The notes: generated by a model not told the origin, from the letters alone. Positions 38,461-49,183 are shown, counted from the first letter of the stretch. The stretch is 64,000 nt of DNA from Nostoc sp. (GCA_036918135.1 JBALDB010000054.1:64001-128000); one strand, 5' to 3'. Numbers and translations are program-made.

Positions 38461-39033
38461 TTATGGTAACGCTGGTAGAATAGTCAGCGTCTGAGGACCT
38501 GTAATGAACGAGAGACCTGTAGTGGAACAAGCATTAATCTTCGTTGTCGCAAGCGTAAGGGTTTTTATTACAGGTCTATTGTTGAACACATTACCAGCAC
38601 GGACGTTTCCGTAAGAGGTTAAGATAATTTGACCCCTAATAACATTGCTGGAAGTTGAGGTATATCGCACCGTGCTAGTTTTCCCAGTGTTCCATTTGTA
38701 TGTAATTTCATAGGTTGGGAAAAACCCGATATCGTTACAGGAGGTCGGACCGGAAAACGAGAAGCTGTAAGTTCCTGATGTAATTCCTCCAGCATTCATG
38801 CATCCACCTACAGAACCTGATATAGAGGCAGTAGTATATTTTTCTTTGTCCGTCAACGATGGACTGTAAGTAACTGTCTCTGTCCCCAATGGGCAAGTCG
38901 CGGGGATAGTCTGAGCCTGAACAAGTGATTTAGTTCCAGTGAAATCAATACCTATGGTTGCAGTCACAATAGCACAGGCAAAGGCTGACAATTGGCAACG
39001 CTTAACGAAATTACTATTAGTTAGAGGTATCAT
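38461..39033 (-). CDS. Hypothetical secreted Thr/Ser/Gly-rich beta protein with four Cys in the mature part
   Basis: Signal-like N-terminus ending VQA. TC..GT.T.TYSP.LT...WNTG.TST...G.V..G...C...GL pattern. Confidence 0.7.
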   Translation of the reverse strand: MIPLTNSNFVKRCQLSAFACAIVTATIGIDFTGTKSLVQAQTIPATCPLGTETVTYSPSLTDKEKYTTASISGSVGGCMNAGGITSGTYSFSFSGPTSCNDIGFFPTYEITYKWNTGKTSTVRYTSTSSNVIRGQIILTSYGNVRAGNVFNNRPVIKTLTLATTKINACSTTGLSFITGPQTLTILPALP

Positions 39034-39851
39034 TGAGAAACTTTCTTTCCTTGGGTAGATGTATGGAAAATTAGAGAATGATTGCAATTTTGAGAAAATC
39101 TACTGTTTTAAATACAGTTGATTGATTGACATGATACTGTTAATTACTTGACTAAACAAGAAAATTTTGATGAGTTATTTGTATAAATAAATACTTATAA
39201 ATCAATCTCGTTTTGTGATATACTATTCGACTCAATATAAACAATAATTTTTTAGAAATAACCCTTTTGATTAGCGATCGCCTAGTTTTTACGATTTTAT
39301 TTACAGCCTTCCTTGTCTATGTCAATACATAAGCTATATACATTTGTGTTTTTATAAATACATTAGTTAGAGCAAAAGCATCTAAGTAATGAAGATTAAT
39401 AAGCAAGGTAAAATTCCCAAAGACTTAATTGCAAAATTCTCTGAGAAAATTAAGTTTTTTCTGATTGAGAATGATAATTGTTATGAGAGGAGGGTTTTTG
39501 GCAGCTAGATAGGTTAGTAAGTGCGATCGGCTTTGACTATCCTGCTTAATAGTGACTACCTTGGCAGAAAACTGGGACGCTCAGACTTTAAATCATATAG
39601 ATAAATTTATGCGATTTTTTAATGAAAAGTGCATAAACCAATTTACATGACACCCATTTCAAGAATAGAGGGATAATAAATAAAGTTAAACTTCTGCTCA
39701 AACAGTCAATTACAACTGTTTGATTCTGGTCTGGAATTGATTTTAACTTATCGATATCACTCTCAAGATAAAAAACAATATACCTGAAAGATTAATTTCA
39801 GATAGGAGTCAAAATTTCTTTAACTAATTTATATAAAATACAGGAAAAATC

Positions 39852-41390
39852 ATGAAGCAACGTGAAAGTATTATACAACAATTTTCAACTTTTCTCAGCT
39901 TGAAAAATAATTATAAAACTTCCAACTTTATCTGGCAAACTGATGTAGAGCTAGAACGTAATATAAGTTCTTTAGTTCAGTCAGAACCAGATGCAAAAAA
40001 AGAATATTGGGCGCGTTATTTTTTAAAAATTATTAAAAATATATTACATGATGACTTAGTTATAGCTAGTTTACAAAGTGAGGATAAACCAAAAAACTAT
40101 ATTTCTATATCATCCTCAGAAAAGTCCTCAAAGTCTTACTCAAGAGCAGAGAAACATTTGTGTGCATACTTACAAGAAGCCTGTCTTTGGGCAGCAAGAA
40201 AAAGCTTCCAAAGATTTAAATCGATTCAGCATAAGTATCCATTAGAAGAATACTTTCAAATTGCCAACTCAGCTATTTATCCTCCAGCCAAACTTCTCAA
40301 AAATTTTAATCTTGATTATGTTAAAACTAATATAGAAGGTTATGCTAAAACAGCTATTATCCGTTTTATTAGTAATACAATTTATCAAAAAGACTTAGAA
40401 GGTAAAAGAGAAAAATTTTCTAATTACGGACTTTTAAAAGATTTAACTAAAAAAGAGATACAGGAAGCTCTAATTATAAAAGGAATAAATCAAAATCGTG
40501 TGAAGTTATACTGTTTAGCTTGGCAATGCCTAGATGAAATTTATCAACCGAACCAAAAGCAAGGAAATCGTAGTTTAGAAACACCTAGCACTGAATATTT
40601 TCAGAATATAACACTATTATATAATGAAAGGTGCAATCAACTAGGATTTCTGGAAGCACCAGTTTCAAAGGATAAAATTCAAGAAATATTAGAATTTTGT
40701 ATCCAAGCAGCTCGTGATTATCGAACAAAGCATTTTCTACCTTTAGAAGACTACAATAACTTAACTGATAGTCAGCATAGTGCCTTAGATAATCTTGTCC
40801 AAGAAGAAGAATGGCAACAGATAAACTTACTTGTTTTAAATTTATTTTCAGCTATTCCAGAGACTGGTCAAATAATGTTAAGACTTTGGCTAGGATTAAA
40901 CTTCACTCAAACTGAGATAGCAGCAGTTTTAAAAAATAAATATCCTGAAATGCAAAAACAATATCAAGTAGCTCGACAGTTAGCTAAATATAATAAAGTA
41001 TTATTAAAAGATTTTATTAATGAATCTCAGAAAATTTATCTTGAAGTTTGTTTTAATGACGAAAAAGATATCGAAAGAATCAAAACATCACTGGCTGAAT
41101 GCTTACAGCAACATTGCCAGCAAGTCTCCAAAAATATTCTAAATAAAATTGCTCAACAATGGCAAGTTAAAGGTGAAATAAGTACTTTAGAATTTGGATT
41201 AATGAATAAAGATTTTGGACAAAATACATTAAAATCTTCTTCTAACATCAATAATTTAAATAAACTTTTAAAAACAGCTTTTATTGAACAATTAGAAATA
41301 GATATGGGTTTACCTACCAATTCTTTAGTACCAGTCAGTAATAAGTTAGCTGATTTTGTAGATGAATGGCTAAAAGATAATTTTATTTAA
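39852..41390 (+). CDS. Sigma-70-like / HetZ-related HTH protein
   Basis: MK.RE.II..FSTF start, HL.AYLQE.C.W, and a region-4-like LRLWLGLNFTQTEIA...QYQVARQL. It lies directly upstream of DUF1822. Confidence 0.75.
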   Translation: MKQRESIIQQFSTFLSLKNNYKTSNFIWQTDVELERNISSLVQSEPDAKKEYWARYFLKIIKNILHDDLVIASLQSEDKPKNYISISSSEKSSKSYSRAEKHLCAYLQEACLWAARKSFQRFKSIQHKYPLEEYFQIANSAIYPPAKLLKNFNLDYVKTNIEGYAKTAIIRFISNTIYQKDLEGKREKFSNYGLLKDLTKKEIQEALIIKGINQNRVKLYCLAWQCLDEIYQPNQKQGNRSLETPSTEYFQNITLLYNERCNQLGFLEAPVSKDKIQEILEFCIQAARDYRTKHFLPLEDYNNLTDSQHSALDNLVQEEEWQQINLLVLNLFSAIPETGQIMLRLWLGLNFTQTEIAAVLKNKYPEMQKQYQVARQLAKYNKVLLKDFINESQKIYLEVCFNDEKDIERIKTSLAECLQQHCQQVSKNILNKIAQQWQVKGEISTLEFGLMNKDFGQNTLKSSSNINNLNKLLKTAFIEQLEIDMGLPTNSLVPVSNKLADFVDEWLKDNFI

Positions 41391-41413
41391 TTGAGGAACA
41401 GGAATTAATAATT

Positions 41414-42652
41414 ATGACAATTAACTTAGATGATTTAACTCTTATCTATCCCGAACAATTATGCTTAGATATATCAAACCAAGAGCGAGAAGCTGCATGG
41501 CAGCAAACTATGCAAGAGTCTTACTCTAACACAGTTGCTCGCTGGAATGCCTACCTAAATCATTTATCTTTAAATACTTTTTTAACTTGGTTACAAGAAG
41601 ACCCAGACTTACAAGTAATACCTAAGTTAGGCTTTCAAAAAACTGATTTTCCAAGTATCTGGGAAGTAGTAAATGGCTCTTTATTAACCATAGGTAAGAC
41701 TAGATTAGTGTTAATTATTAGTGATAAAAGCTACTTTCCAGAGTTTCGGATTCCCCAAGAATGGATTGATATTCCCAGTTGGACAGCGCATTATTATCTA
41801 GCAGTACAGTTAAATGTAGAAGAATGTTGGTTACGGGTATGCGGTTATGCTAACTATCAGCAAATCCGCGAACAAGCTACTTATGATGTAATGGATCGAA
41901 CTTATTGTTTAGATGGAGAAGATTTGATTGCAGACTTGAATGTGATGTGGGTGGCGCAAGAACTTTGTCCTCCCAAAACACCAGAGGTTAAATCTTTACC
42001 TAGTTTATCAAAAGTCCAAGCAGAGGAATTACTAGAACAATTAAATAAGTGGACTTTTTCTTCCCCTAGACTCAATGTTCCCTTTGAGAAATGGGGTGCA
42101 TTTCTAGCAGTTGATGAATTTCGACAACATCTTTATCAGCGACGCTTAAAAAAGCAAAATGATTTAGTTGAAGCTAGCTACTCTATGGTTAGCAACTTGA
42201 GTTTATGGTTTCAAAATATCTTTAGTACGGGTTGGCAAAATTTGGATGCTTTGTTAACGCCACAACAAAAAACTTTAGCAGTTCAATTCAGAAGTAATTT
42301 TGAGTTGAATGAGGGATATATCAAACGAGCCAAATTAATTGATTTAGGGATGCAACTTGGAGGAAGTGCAGTTGTATTATTAATTGGTCTGAAAACAGAG
42401 GTCGATGGTAAAATCGGTCTGCGCGTGCAATTGCATCCAGCAAATGCAGAAACTTACTTAATACCCAATCTCAGATTAATTCTGCTTTCCCAAACAGGGA
42501 CAATTCTTCAGGAAGTTACTTCTAGAAGTGAGGATCATTATATTCAACTCAAAAAATTTAAATCTTCTCCTGGAATTCGCTTCAGCATCCAAGTTGCTCT
42601 CGAAAATGTCAGTATAAAGGAAGATTTTGTAATAGAAGCGCTTGATGACTGA
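41414..42652 (+). CDS. DUF1822 family protein
   Basis: WNAYLN, IWEVVNG, IPQEWIDIP.W.AHYYLAVQ, NLS.WFQ..F..GWQ and RAKLIDLG motifs. Confidence 0.88.
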   Translation: MTINLDDLTLIYPEQLCLDISNQEREAAWQQTMQESYSNTVARWNAYLNHLSLNTFLTWLQEDPDLQVIPKLGFQKTDFPSIWEVVNGSLLTIGKTRLVLIISDKSYFPEFRIPQEWIDIPSWTAHYYLAVQLNVEECWLRVCGYANYQQIREQATYDVMDRTYCLDGEDLIADLNVMWVAQELCPPKTPEVKSLPSLSKVQAEELLEQLNKWTFSSPRLNVPFEKWGAFLAVDEFRQHLYQRRLKKQNDLVEASYSMVSNLSLWFQNIFSTGWQNLDALLTPQQKTLAVQFRSNFELNEGYIKRAKLIDLGMQLGGSAVVLLIGLKTEVDGKIGLRVQLHPANAETYLIPNLRLILLSQTGTILQEVTSRSEDHYIQLKKFKSSPGIRFSIQVALENVSIKEDFVIEALDD

Positions 42653-42657
42653 TAGCC

Positions 42658-45003
42658 ATGACTAAATTAGTCGTGTTGAACTTAGGAAAGGGTAACTTGA
42701 AGCAGGGATTTACTACTGTTACAGCTCAGTTGTACAACTATAGCAACCCTATACCAATACAATTTACAGGCAGCTTGCCTGCGGCACCAGAACTTATAGA
42801 ACTCTACAGACGTTGGCAGTTACTATATTTATTGCTGCATGAAACTCTTTTTCCTGGTCAACGTTGGCATAGAAACCTAGCAAGCGATGCAGAGATTGAA
42901 ATTGATACAGAAGATATCACTAATATTTCCTCTGTTGAGTTTAGTAATTTATGTAACAACTTACAAGATAAAATTAACGTTTGGCTTAAATCTGAGCTAT
43001 TTCGCAACATTGACCAGAAATTACGCACGAAGTTAGATCCTCACGAAGAAATTCGGGTGATTCTAGAAACAGAAGATGACCAAGTTCGTCGCCTACCCTG
43101 GCATTTATGGAATTTCTTTGAGGATTATCAAAAGGCAGTATTTGGTTTAAGCGCTCCGGAAGTAGATGAAGTTAAACCATTACTCAAACCTATTAGCGAC
43201 AAAGTTAGAATATTAGCCATTCTTGGTAATAGCGAAGGAATTGATATTCAACAAGACCGGGCAATACTCGAACAACTAGCAGGAACGGAGACTGTTTTTC
43301 TGGTTGAGCCACAACGCTCGGAGTTAGACCGATGGCTGTGGGAGAAGCAGGGCTGGGATATTCTTTTTTTTGCAGGACATGGTTCGAGTCAAATTGATGG
43401 TGATATAGGTGAAATTTATATTAATCAAACTGAAAGTTTAACGATCGCTCAGTTAAAAAATGGTCTGAAAGCAGCGATCGCTAGGGGTTTACAACTAGCA
43501 ATTTTTAACTGCTGTGATGGACTAGGATTAGTCCGAGAATTGGCCTCACTCCACATTCCCCAAACGATCGTCATGCGGGAAGCAGTACCAGATCGGGTTG
43601 CTCAAGAATTTTTGAAGCATTTTCTAGAAGCTTTTGCAAATGGAGAATCTTGCCATTTGGCAATGCGGGAAGCTACAGAAAAGTTGCAGGGTTTAGAAAG
43701 CAGCTTTGCCTGTGCTAGTTGGTTACCAGTAATTTGTCAAAATCCCACGGCTATGTCGCTGGTGTTGAATAAAGTCGGTTCAAAACCTACTAGCTTACAC
43801 AGCCGAAATATTATCAGCACAATTTTCAAAATCAGTATCGCCACGACTGCTTTGATAATGGGGTTGCGCTCCCTTGGTGTATTGCAATCATGGGAGTTGA
43901 CGGCTTTTGATGCAATGATGCGATCGCGTCCCTATGAAGGACAAGATAAACGCATTTTAATAGTTACTGTCACTGAAGCTGATGTGCGATCGCAATCTGC
44001 TAAAGAAAGAGGCGGAGCTTCACTCTCAGACCGCGCCCTAGCTCAAGTTGTAGAAAAATTAGAGCAGTTCCAACCGCGAGTTATTGGCTTGGATATCTAT
44101 CGTGAAAATCATGTGGGAGCAGAATTTAAGAATTTGTCTCGACTAATGCAAAAAAGCGATCGCTTCATTGCTATCTGCGAAGTTAGTGAGGAAAACAAAA
44201 ATAGCGGTGTTTCGCCTCCACCGGAAGTTCCCAAGCAAAACTTAGGTTTTAGTGACGTTATACCCGATCCCGATGGCATTATTCGCCGTCAAATATTGGC
44301 TATGGCTCCTGCATCCCCATGCAACACTGATAAATCTTTTAGCTTTCAACTAGCAAACCGTTACTTGCTTGATGAGGGTATCCACCCTAAACTTACCGCA
44401 GAAAAAAACTGGCAGTTTGATAATGTTGTCTTGAAAAACTTGGAGGAAAACAGCGGTGGCTATCATCAAATTGATAATCTTGGCCACCAAGTGCTGCTCA
44501 ATTATCGTTCTTCCTATCAACCTGCGATGCAAGTAACTCTTGCAGACATTTTAAACAATAAACTCACTTCTGATTTAGTAAAGAATCGAGTCGTCCTTAT
44601 TGGTACAACTGCTGAAAGTTTTCATGATTATTGGTCTACACCCTATAGTGTCAGTCAGTCGTCATATCAACAAATGCCAGGGGTAATACTTCAAGCGCAC
44701 ATGGTGAGTCAAATTCTCAGTGCTGTTTTAGATAATCGTCCGCTATTGTGGATGTTACCGAAGTGGGGTGAATTCATTTGGGTATGGGGTTGGTCGTTAG
44801 TTGGCGGCATAATTGTTTGGCAATTTCGGTCATCGTTAAGATTGGGATTGGCAGGAGTGGCAAGTATTTGCGTTTTATATGGGGTGTCCTTTTGTCTATT
44901 GCTTCAAGGAGCCTGGATACCGCTAGTACCATCAATTTTAGTTTTGATAGTTAGTGGGACTAGTATAATTATTTATACAAAATTTCAAACTCACCAAAAA
45001 TAA
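42658..45003 (+). CDS. CHAT-CHASE2 membrane sensor-protease
   Basis: N-terminal CHAT (FFAGHG, IFNCCDG), a TM helix, CHASE2 (PRVIGLDIYR, D.DG.IRR, MPGV..QA) and three C-terminal TM helices. Confidence 0.9.
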   Translation: MTKLVVLNLGKGNLKQGFTTVTAQLYNYSNPIPIQFTGSLPAAPELIELYRRWQLLYLLLHETLFPGQRWHRNLASDAEIEIDTEDITNISSVEFSNLCNNLQDKINVWLKSELFRNIDQKLRTKLDPHEEIRVILETEDDQVRRLPWHLWNFFEDYQKAVFGLSAPEVDEVKPLLKPISDKVRILAILGNSEGIDIQQDRAILEQLAGTETVFLVEPQRSELDRWLWEKQGWDILFFAGHGSSQIDGDIGEIYINQTESLTIAQLKNGLKAAIARGLQLAIFNCCDGLGLVRELASLHIPQTIVMREAVPDRVAQEFLKHFLEAFANGESCHLAMREATEKLQGLESSFACASWLPVICQNPTAMSLVLNKVGSKPTSLHSRNIISTIFKISIATTALIMGLRSLGVLQSWELTAFDAMMRSRPYEGQDKRILIVTVTEADVRSQSAKERGGASLSDRALAQVVEKLEQFQPRVIGLDIYRENHVGAEFKNLSRLMQKSDRFIAICEVSEENKNSGVSPPPEVPKQNLGFSDVIPDPDGIIRRQILAMAPASPCNTDKSFSFQLANRYLLDEGIHPKLTAEKNWQFDNVVLKNLEENSGGYHQIDNLGHQVLLNYRSSYQPAMQVTLADILNNKLTSDLVKNRVVLIGTTAESFHDYWSTPYSVSQSSYQQMPGVILQAHMVSQILSAVLDNRPLLWMLPKWGEFIWVWGWSLVGGIIVWQFRSSLRLGLAGVASICVLYGVSFCLLLQGAWIPLVPSILVLIVSGTSIIIYTKFQTHQK

Positions 45004-45071
45004 TGACCTCCGGGTTGGGGCGATAGGGTAACGTTAGCGCGTAAGTTACGATTTGCGCTCGCAGGGATAAC

Positions 45072-45611
45072 TTACAATTCAACAATAAAACTGTCTCGTA
45101 AATGAAAATCAGGCTGTGCGCCTCGATGAGTTAATGCCCAGTAAGTAACGCCATCATTTATATATTTAATAACAGTCGTAATCGCAACTTCTATTATTTG
45201 TTCTGGCGAAATGATTTCATCCAAATCCATCTTCAAGGTCAGTACTAATTTATCGGTTTGATTCTCAACATGAAACGGAAGTATTGTCAAGGCTGTTTCT
45301 TCTTGCATTCCTTGACGGTATCCATCAAAACGATAGACATTCCAGTGTCCAGCAGGGGAGAGGTTAAATTCCCAATATTTTTGAGAATTTTTGATCCCAA
45401 GAAAAAACTCGAAGCAAGTACCTTCCCACAATTGATGCTTGCGTGATGGTGCGTTTGATGGTGGAGAAACTGCAATTTCTTTCAAATCGCCTGTAACGGT
45501 ATAACAGATACTAAGTTGATTAATGTTTCGGTTGATATTACCTGCAATTTTTAAATTAGCTAGGGATTCGGTAGCAGCAAAAGGTTGTAAAGAAAATGTC
45601 TGGTTATTCAT
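45072..45611 (-). CDS. DOMON-like domain protein
   Basis: LW..TCFEFF, EFNLSP.GHWNVYRF..YR and PDFH motifs. Overlaps the kinase gene by 4 nt. Confidence 0.8.
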   Translation of the reverse strand: MNNQTFSLQPFAATESLANLKIAGNINRNINQLSICYTVTGDLKEIAVSPPSNAPSRKHQLWEGTCFEFFLGIKNSQKYWEFNLSPAGHWNVYRFDGYRQGMQEETALTILPFHVENQTDKLVLTLKMDLDEIISPEQIIEVAITTVIKYINDGVTYWALTHRGAQPDFHLRDSFIVEL

Positions 45612-46726
45612 TTCATATCTTTAATAATTTGGCGAATCTGCGTTTCTTGGAATTCGATGCTTTCGGTCAGTTTAAACTGGACGATCGCTCTTGCCAAATT
45701 ATGTTCTGGGTGCTTCACTTTGAAGTAGACATTTCCTGCTAAGTAATCAGCAAAGAATCTCAATCCTAATTCAAAAGCGATCAGACGAATTGCATCGTAG
45801 ATATAGGCATAGTCATTTTCGGTGAGAAAAGCCTTTGCCACACCAAGGTAACCTGCTAAAATTTCCTGGCACAAATCGGTATCGAAATAAACATTGTCCC
45901 AATTCTCCGTTTCTTCTCCAGCCGGATTGCAACCCGATCGCAGACAATCGCCAATATCATAATGTACCAGACCGGGTTTTACGGTGTCGAGGTCTATGAC
46001 ACTGACGGCTTGCTGGGTAGCAGTGTCGAACATGACATTATTGATTTTTGGATCGCCGTGCATTAGACGCAATGGTAGAATCCCTTGTGCTTTGGCATTT
46101 TCTAAGATATGTGCAAAGGTTTGGCGATCGCTAACAAATCGCAAGCAATAATTAACCTCAGGAGTTTTACGCACTTTAGTTGTTGCTAAAACTTTGTCAT
46201 ATTGCTGGAGGTAAAGCGGTGTAATATGAAAGCCTTGTAGGGTATCAGCGAGTTTTTCTGGTGACAAATCGCTAATCAGATTGTGGAACATCCCCAAGGC
46301 ATAACCGATTTCTCGTGCATGTGAGCGATCGTGCATGGTATCAAAGGATTGTGAATCTTCAATAAAGCTAATCGCCCGCCAAAATGAACCGTCAGCATCT
46401 CGCCAGTGGTCTTGTTTGTTTTTAGTCAATAGTACCTGCGGTACTTCCCAGCGACGATTTAAAGGAGTAGATTGTAACTTTTTACGAACATGTTCAGTGA
46501 AGGTACACATGTTCTGCATAATCAGTTTTGGCTGGCGAAAGACTTGTGTATTGATGCGTTGGAGGACAAAATTCTTTTGTTCTGAGCAATTTAGAGTTAC
46601 TAAAAATGTGTCATTGATATTACCACTACCAAAGGCTTTGGCATCTATAACCTTCGCCAGTTGGGCGAATTGGTCAGCGATCGCAACTAAATTTTTTCTA
46701 CCCTGTGTATTGAATTCTTCTACCAT
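45608..46726 (-). CDS. Aminoglycoside phosphotransferase / N-acetylhexosamine kinase-like enzyme
   Basis: GSGNINDT, HGDPKINN and IDLDT motifs. Confidence 0.88.
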   Translation of the reverse strand: MVEEFNTQGRKNLVAIADQFAQLAKVIDAKAFGSGNINDTFLVTLNCSEQKNFVLQRINTQVFRQPKLIMQNMCTFTEHVRKKLQSTPLNRRWEVPQVLLTKNKQDHWRDADGSFWRAISFIEDSQSFDTMHDRSHAREIGYALGMFHNLISDLSPEKLADTLQGFHITPLYLQQYDKVLATTKVRKTPEVNYCLRFVSDRQTFAHILENAKAQGILPLRLMHGDPKINNVMFDTATQQAVSVIDLDTVKPGLVHYDIGDCLRSGCNPAGEETENWDNVYFDTDLCQEILAGYLGVAKAFLTENDYAYIYDAIRLIAFELGLRFFADYLAGNVYFKVKHPEHNLARAIVQFKLTESIEFQETQIRQIIKDMK

Positions 46727-46956
46727 ATTCTTGTTTGACCTGACTACTCCTCACATTGCACAAAGGCAATAGGGGATATCGTAGCGCAAGTATCAAGACA
46801 ATTTGTAATTCGTCATTCGTAATTAAAAAGGTTTGTCTTTTAATGCTACAAAAAGTTCTACCCAACTCACTAGTCAGTCTTTTAGCTGTAGGGTTGGTTC
46901 TGCAACCGATTGTTACCTATTGGTAGATTCAAGAAGTAGACTCAGAAAATTATTCA

Positions 46957-47319
46957 ATGAAACCCGAAAGTGCAGATAAAGCAGAATCTTTCTACATTGC
47001 TGTAATTTTGTATGAATCATCTTCTGATGCATTGGATTATCAACCGTTGTACCAGGAATGTTTTGTACTGCTCAAAGCTAGTTCTTTAGAGAAAGCGAAA
47101 TCAAAGGCTGTAAGTTATGGGAAAAAACAAGAAGTAAGCTACAAAAATAAGGACAGAGAAACTATTACCTGGTCTTGGAAACAGGTGATAGATGTAAATT
47201 CAGTATTGGATGATGATTTTGATTTAGCTAATAATGGTGTAGATTTATACGCTAGACATTTTCGTAATTATGAAGCTTACCACTCATTTGAACCATTTTT
47301 GTCTCAAGAAGAATTATGA
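46957..47319 (+). CDS. DUF4288-like protein
   Basis: YQE..VL.KA.S.E.A..KA...G...E.SY.N....I.W pattern. Confidence 0.7.
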   Translation: MKPESADKAESFYIAVILYESSSDALDYQPLYQECFVLLKASSLEKAKSKAVSYGKKQEVSYKNKDRETITWSWKQVIDVNSVLDDDFDLANNGVDLYARHFRNYEAYHSFEPFLSQEEL

Positions 47320-47453
47320 CTTGGAGAATTATTTTTCAATGTATGTTAATACGGGGTGCGATCGCGCCAATAGCTTGGATGACCCCCAACTTTTGGAATA
47401 AGTTGGGGATCGAATCTGAATTCTGGATTATGACTCCTAAATTCTAACAACTT

Positions 47454-48143
47454 TTAGTTTTTCCAACTCAAAAACCGGGCATAAATATAAGCAATTAGTT
47501 CATCAAGAACTGTCCGCACACCTTGGCTAGAACCCCACCATTTCTTTGGATCGTAATCTTGAGTTTTACCAGCAATCACACCAACTCGAATGTTAGGATT
47601 CAAGAGTTTTTTGAAAATTAACCAACTCCTACGGGTATGAACGTCTAAAGAAAAAAGATTAATTGATCCTACTTTTAAATTGGAATTGGATAGCCAGCGA
47701 TAAAATTCAGCAGCAGATGCATAACTACGATCCTTAACTACAAAAGGTGTGGGAACAGCTACTACTTTTTCTGCTTCTAAACCAAGTTTATTGAAGGTGG
47801 CGGCCGTCACTTCTGCAAAATTATTGTATCCAGTCAGATAAGTTCCCTTTCCTAATGAACCTCCGGTAGTAATTATTTGACGATAAGAGCCATTTTTAAA
47901 TTCAATTAACGCTTCTTCTATAGCATAATCTGGTAGCCATCCTTCAACAACTAATATTTCTGCTGATTTGATAGGGGAAGTTACGGCGAGATATGAGTGT
48001 ACATGAGTAATACTCAAAAACATTAAATAAGCAACCACAGCGATTGCAATCGCCCACCCCGGAGCCGTAAGTGTCCACATTTCTTGGCGTTTTATTAGTT
48101 TGATATTTGGAAATTTTTGACGCCGACTTTTTTTCGTCTGCAT
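47454..48143 (-). CDS. YdcF/ElyC (DUF218) family protein
   Basis: TM helix, VVEGW, TTGG, H.RRS and E..AY motifs. Confidence 0.8.
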   Translation of the reverse strand: MQTKKSRRQKFPNIKLIKRQEMWTLTAPGWAIAIAVVAYLMFLSITHVHSYLAVTSPIKSAEILVVEGWLPDYAIEEALIEFKNGSYRQIITTGGSLGKGTYLTGYNNFAEVTAATFNKLGLEAEKVVAVPTPFVVKDRSYASAAEFYRWLSNSNLKVGSINLFSLDVHTRRSWLIFKKLLNPNIRVGVIAGKTQDYDPKKWWGSSQGVRTVLDELIAYIYARFLSWKN

Positions 48144-48799
48144 TAAACTTTAGCTAAACGCTGTTCTTTAAAATAAGCAAATACAGACTTATCACCAATA
48201 TCAGCAGGAATTGCTTGCACTGTCTTTCGCAGAGCAAATACTAAAAATAATATTGCCCAAATTCCTAATAAAATACTTTCCCACTGACTTGGTAAAACTC
48301 CTACCAAATGTCCTAACAAAAGTAGCGGTACTATTGGTGTTAAAACTTTGGTTTCCAGGCGATTAAAGCAAAAAGCTTCTTTAAAATAAATACCTGTTAG
48401 AGCAACGAAGATAAAACCAACTCCGAACAAGGTAATAGGCTGATTGTAAACAGCAACAGCCAAAGGTTGACTACTAGACAGTGCCAAGATTGCGGATGCG
48501 ATAGTACCGATCGCCCAAAAAACTTGCAACATTCGGTGTAGTAAGCTCATGTAGATGTGAATAGTAAATAAACTTACACCGAGAGCTAGAATAAAACAAG
48601 CATATAGAGGTGTCAGCGTACTTACAACACTTGGGCTATTGTTAAACAAAACCAAAGCGCTACCAATGGCAAAGCTGAGTGCAGCTATCATTAACCCAGC
48701 GCGGTAGATAATTACCCCAGTGCGATCGCTTTGGGTGATTGTAAATTCCCCAAAATGGCCTTGATAAACTTCTGGTACAGGTAGTGTTTGCATAGTCAT
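48143..48799 (-). CDS. DUF2301 membrane protein
   Basis: YQG.FG.FTI, IHIY, FKEAFCF and DIGDKSVF motifs. Confidence 0.85.
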   Translation of the reverse strand: MTMQTLPVPEVYQGHFGEFTITQSDRTGVIIYRAGLMIAALSFAIGSALVLFNNSPSVVSTLTPLYACFILALGVSLFTIHIYMSLLHRMLQVFWAIGTIASAILALSSSQPLAVAVYNQPITLFGVGFIFVALTGIYFKEAFCFNRLETKVLTPIVPLLLLGHLVGVLPSQWESILLGIWAILFLVFALRKTVQAIPADIGDKSVFAYFKEQRLAKV

Positions 48800-49183
48800 A
48801 GTTAAAGAATATAATTATTGATTCGTTAATCGAGTGGTAGAGTAAATTGCTCAGTGGTTACTTTTATTATTATGGGCAATGAGACGAATTTCATGTAAGT
48901 ATTTCTCAAAGTATGCTTTAGGATATATGAATAATTAGATTTTTGAATCTAATCAAAAGCGGGCGATGGGATGTGTTGGTGGTTGAGCATTGAGAGTCAG
49001 TTGGTTCAACTCTTAGAACCATCAAAGCAGCGAGCGGTACTAGTGTGCCTTCTCAGTCACGCATTTAAAAATCAAAAAGCTTATAGGGTAGACTTTTTAG
49101 CGATTTGGAATGGGTGGTTTATTTTTGCCGTACTGTACTAACTACTGTTAACCGTCAACAGTTAACAAATAGTTCTAGTTTTG

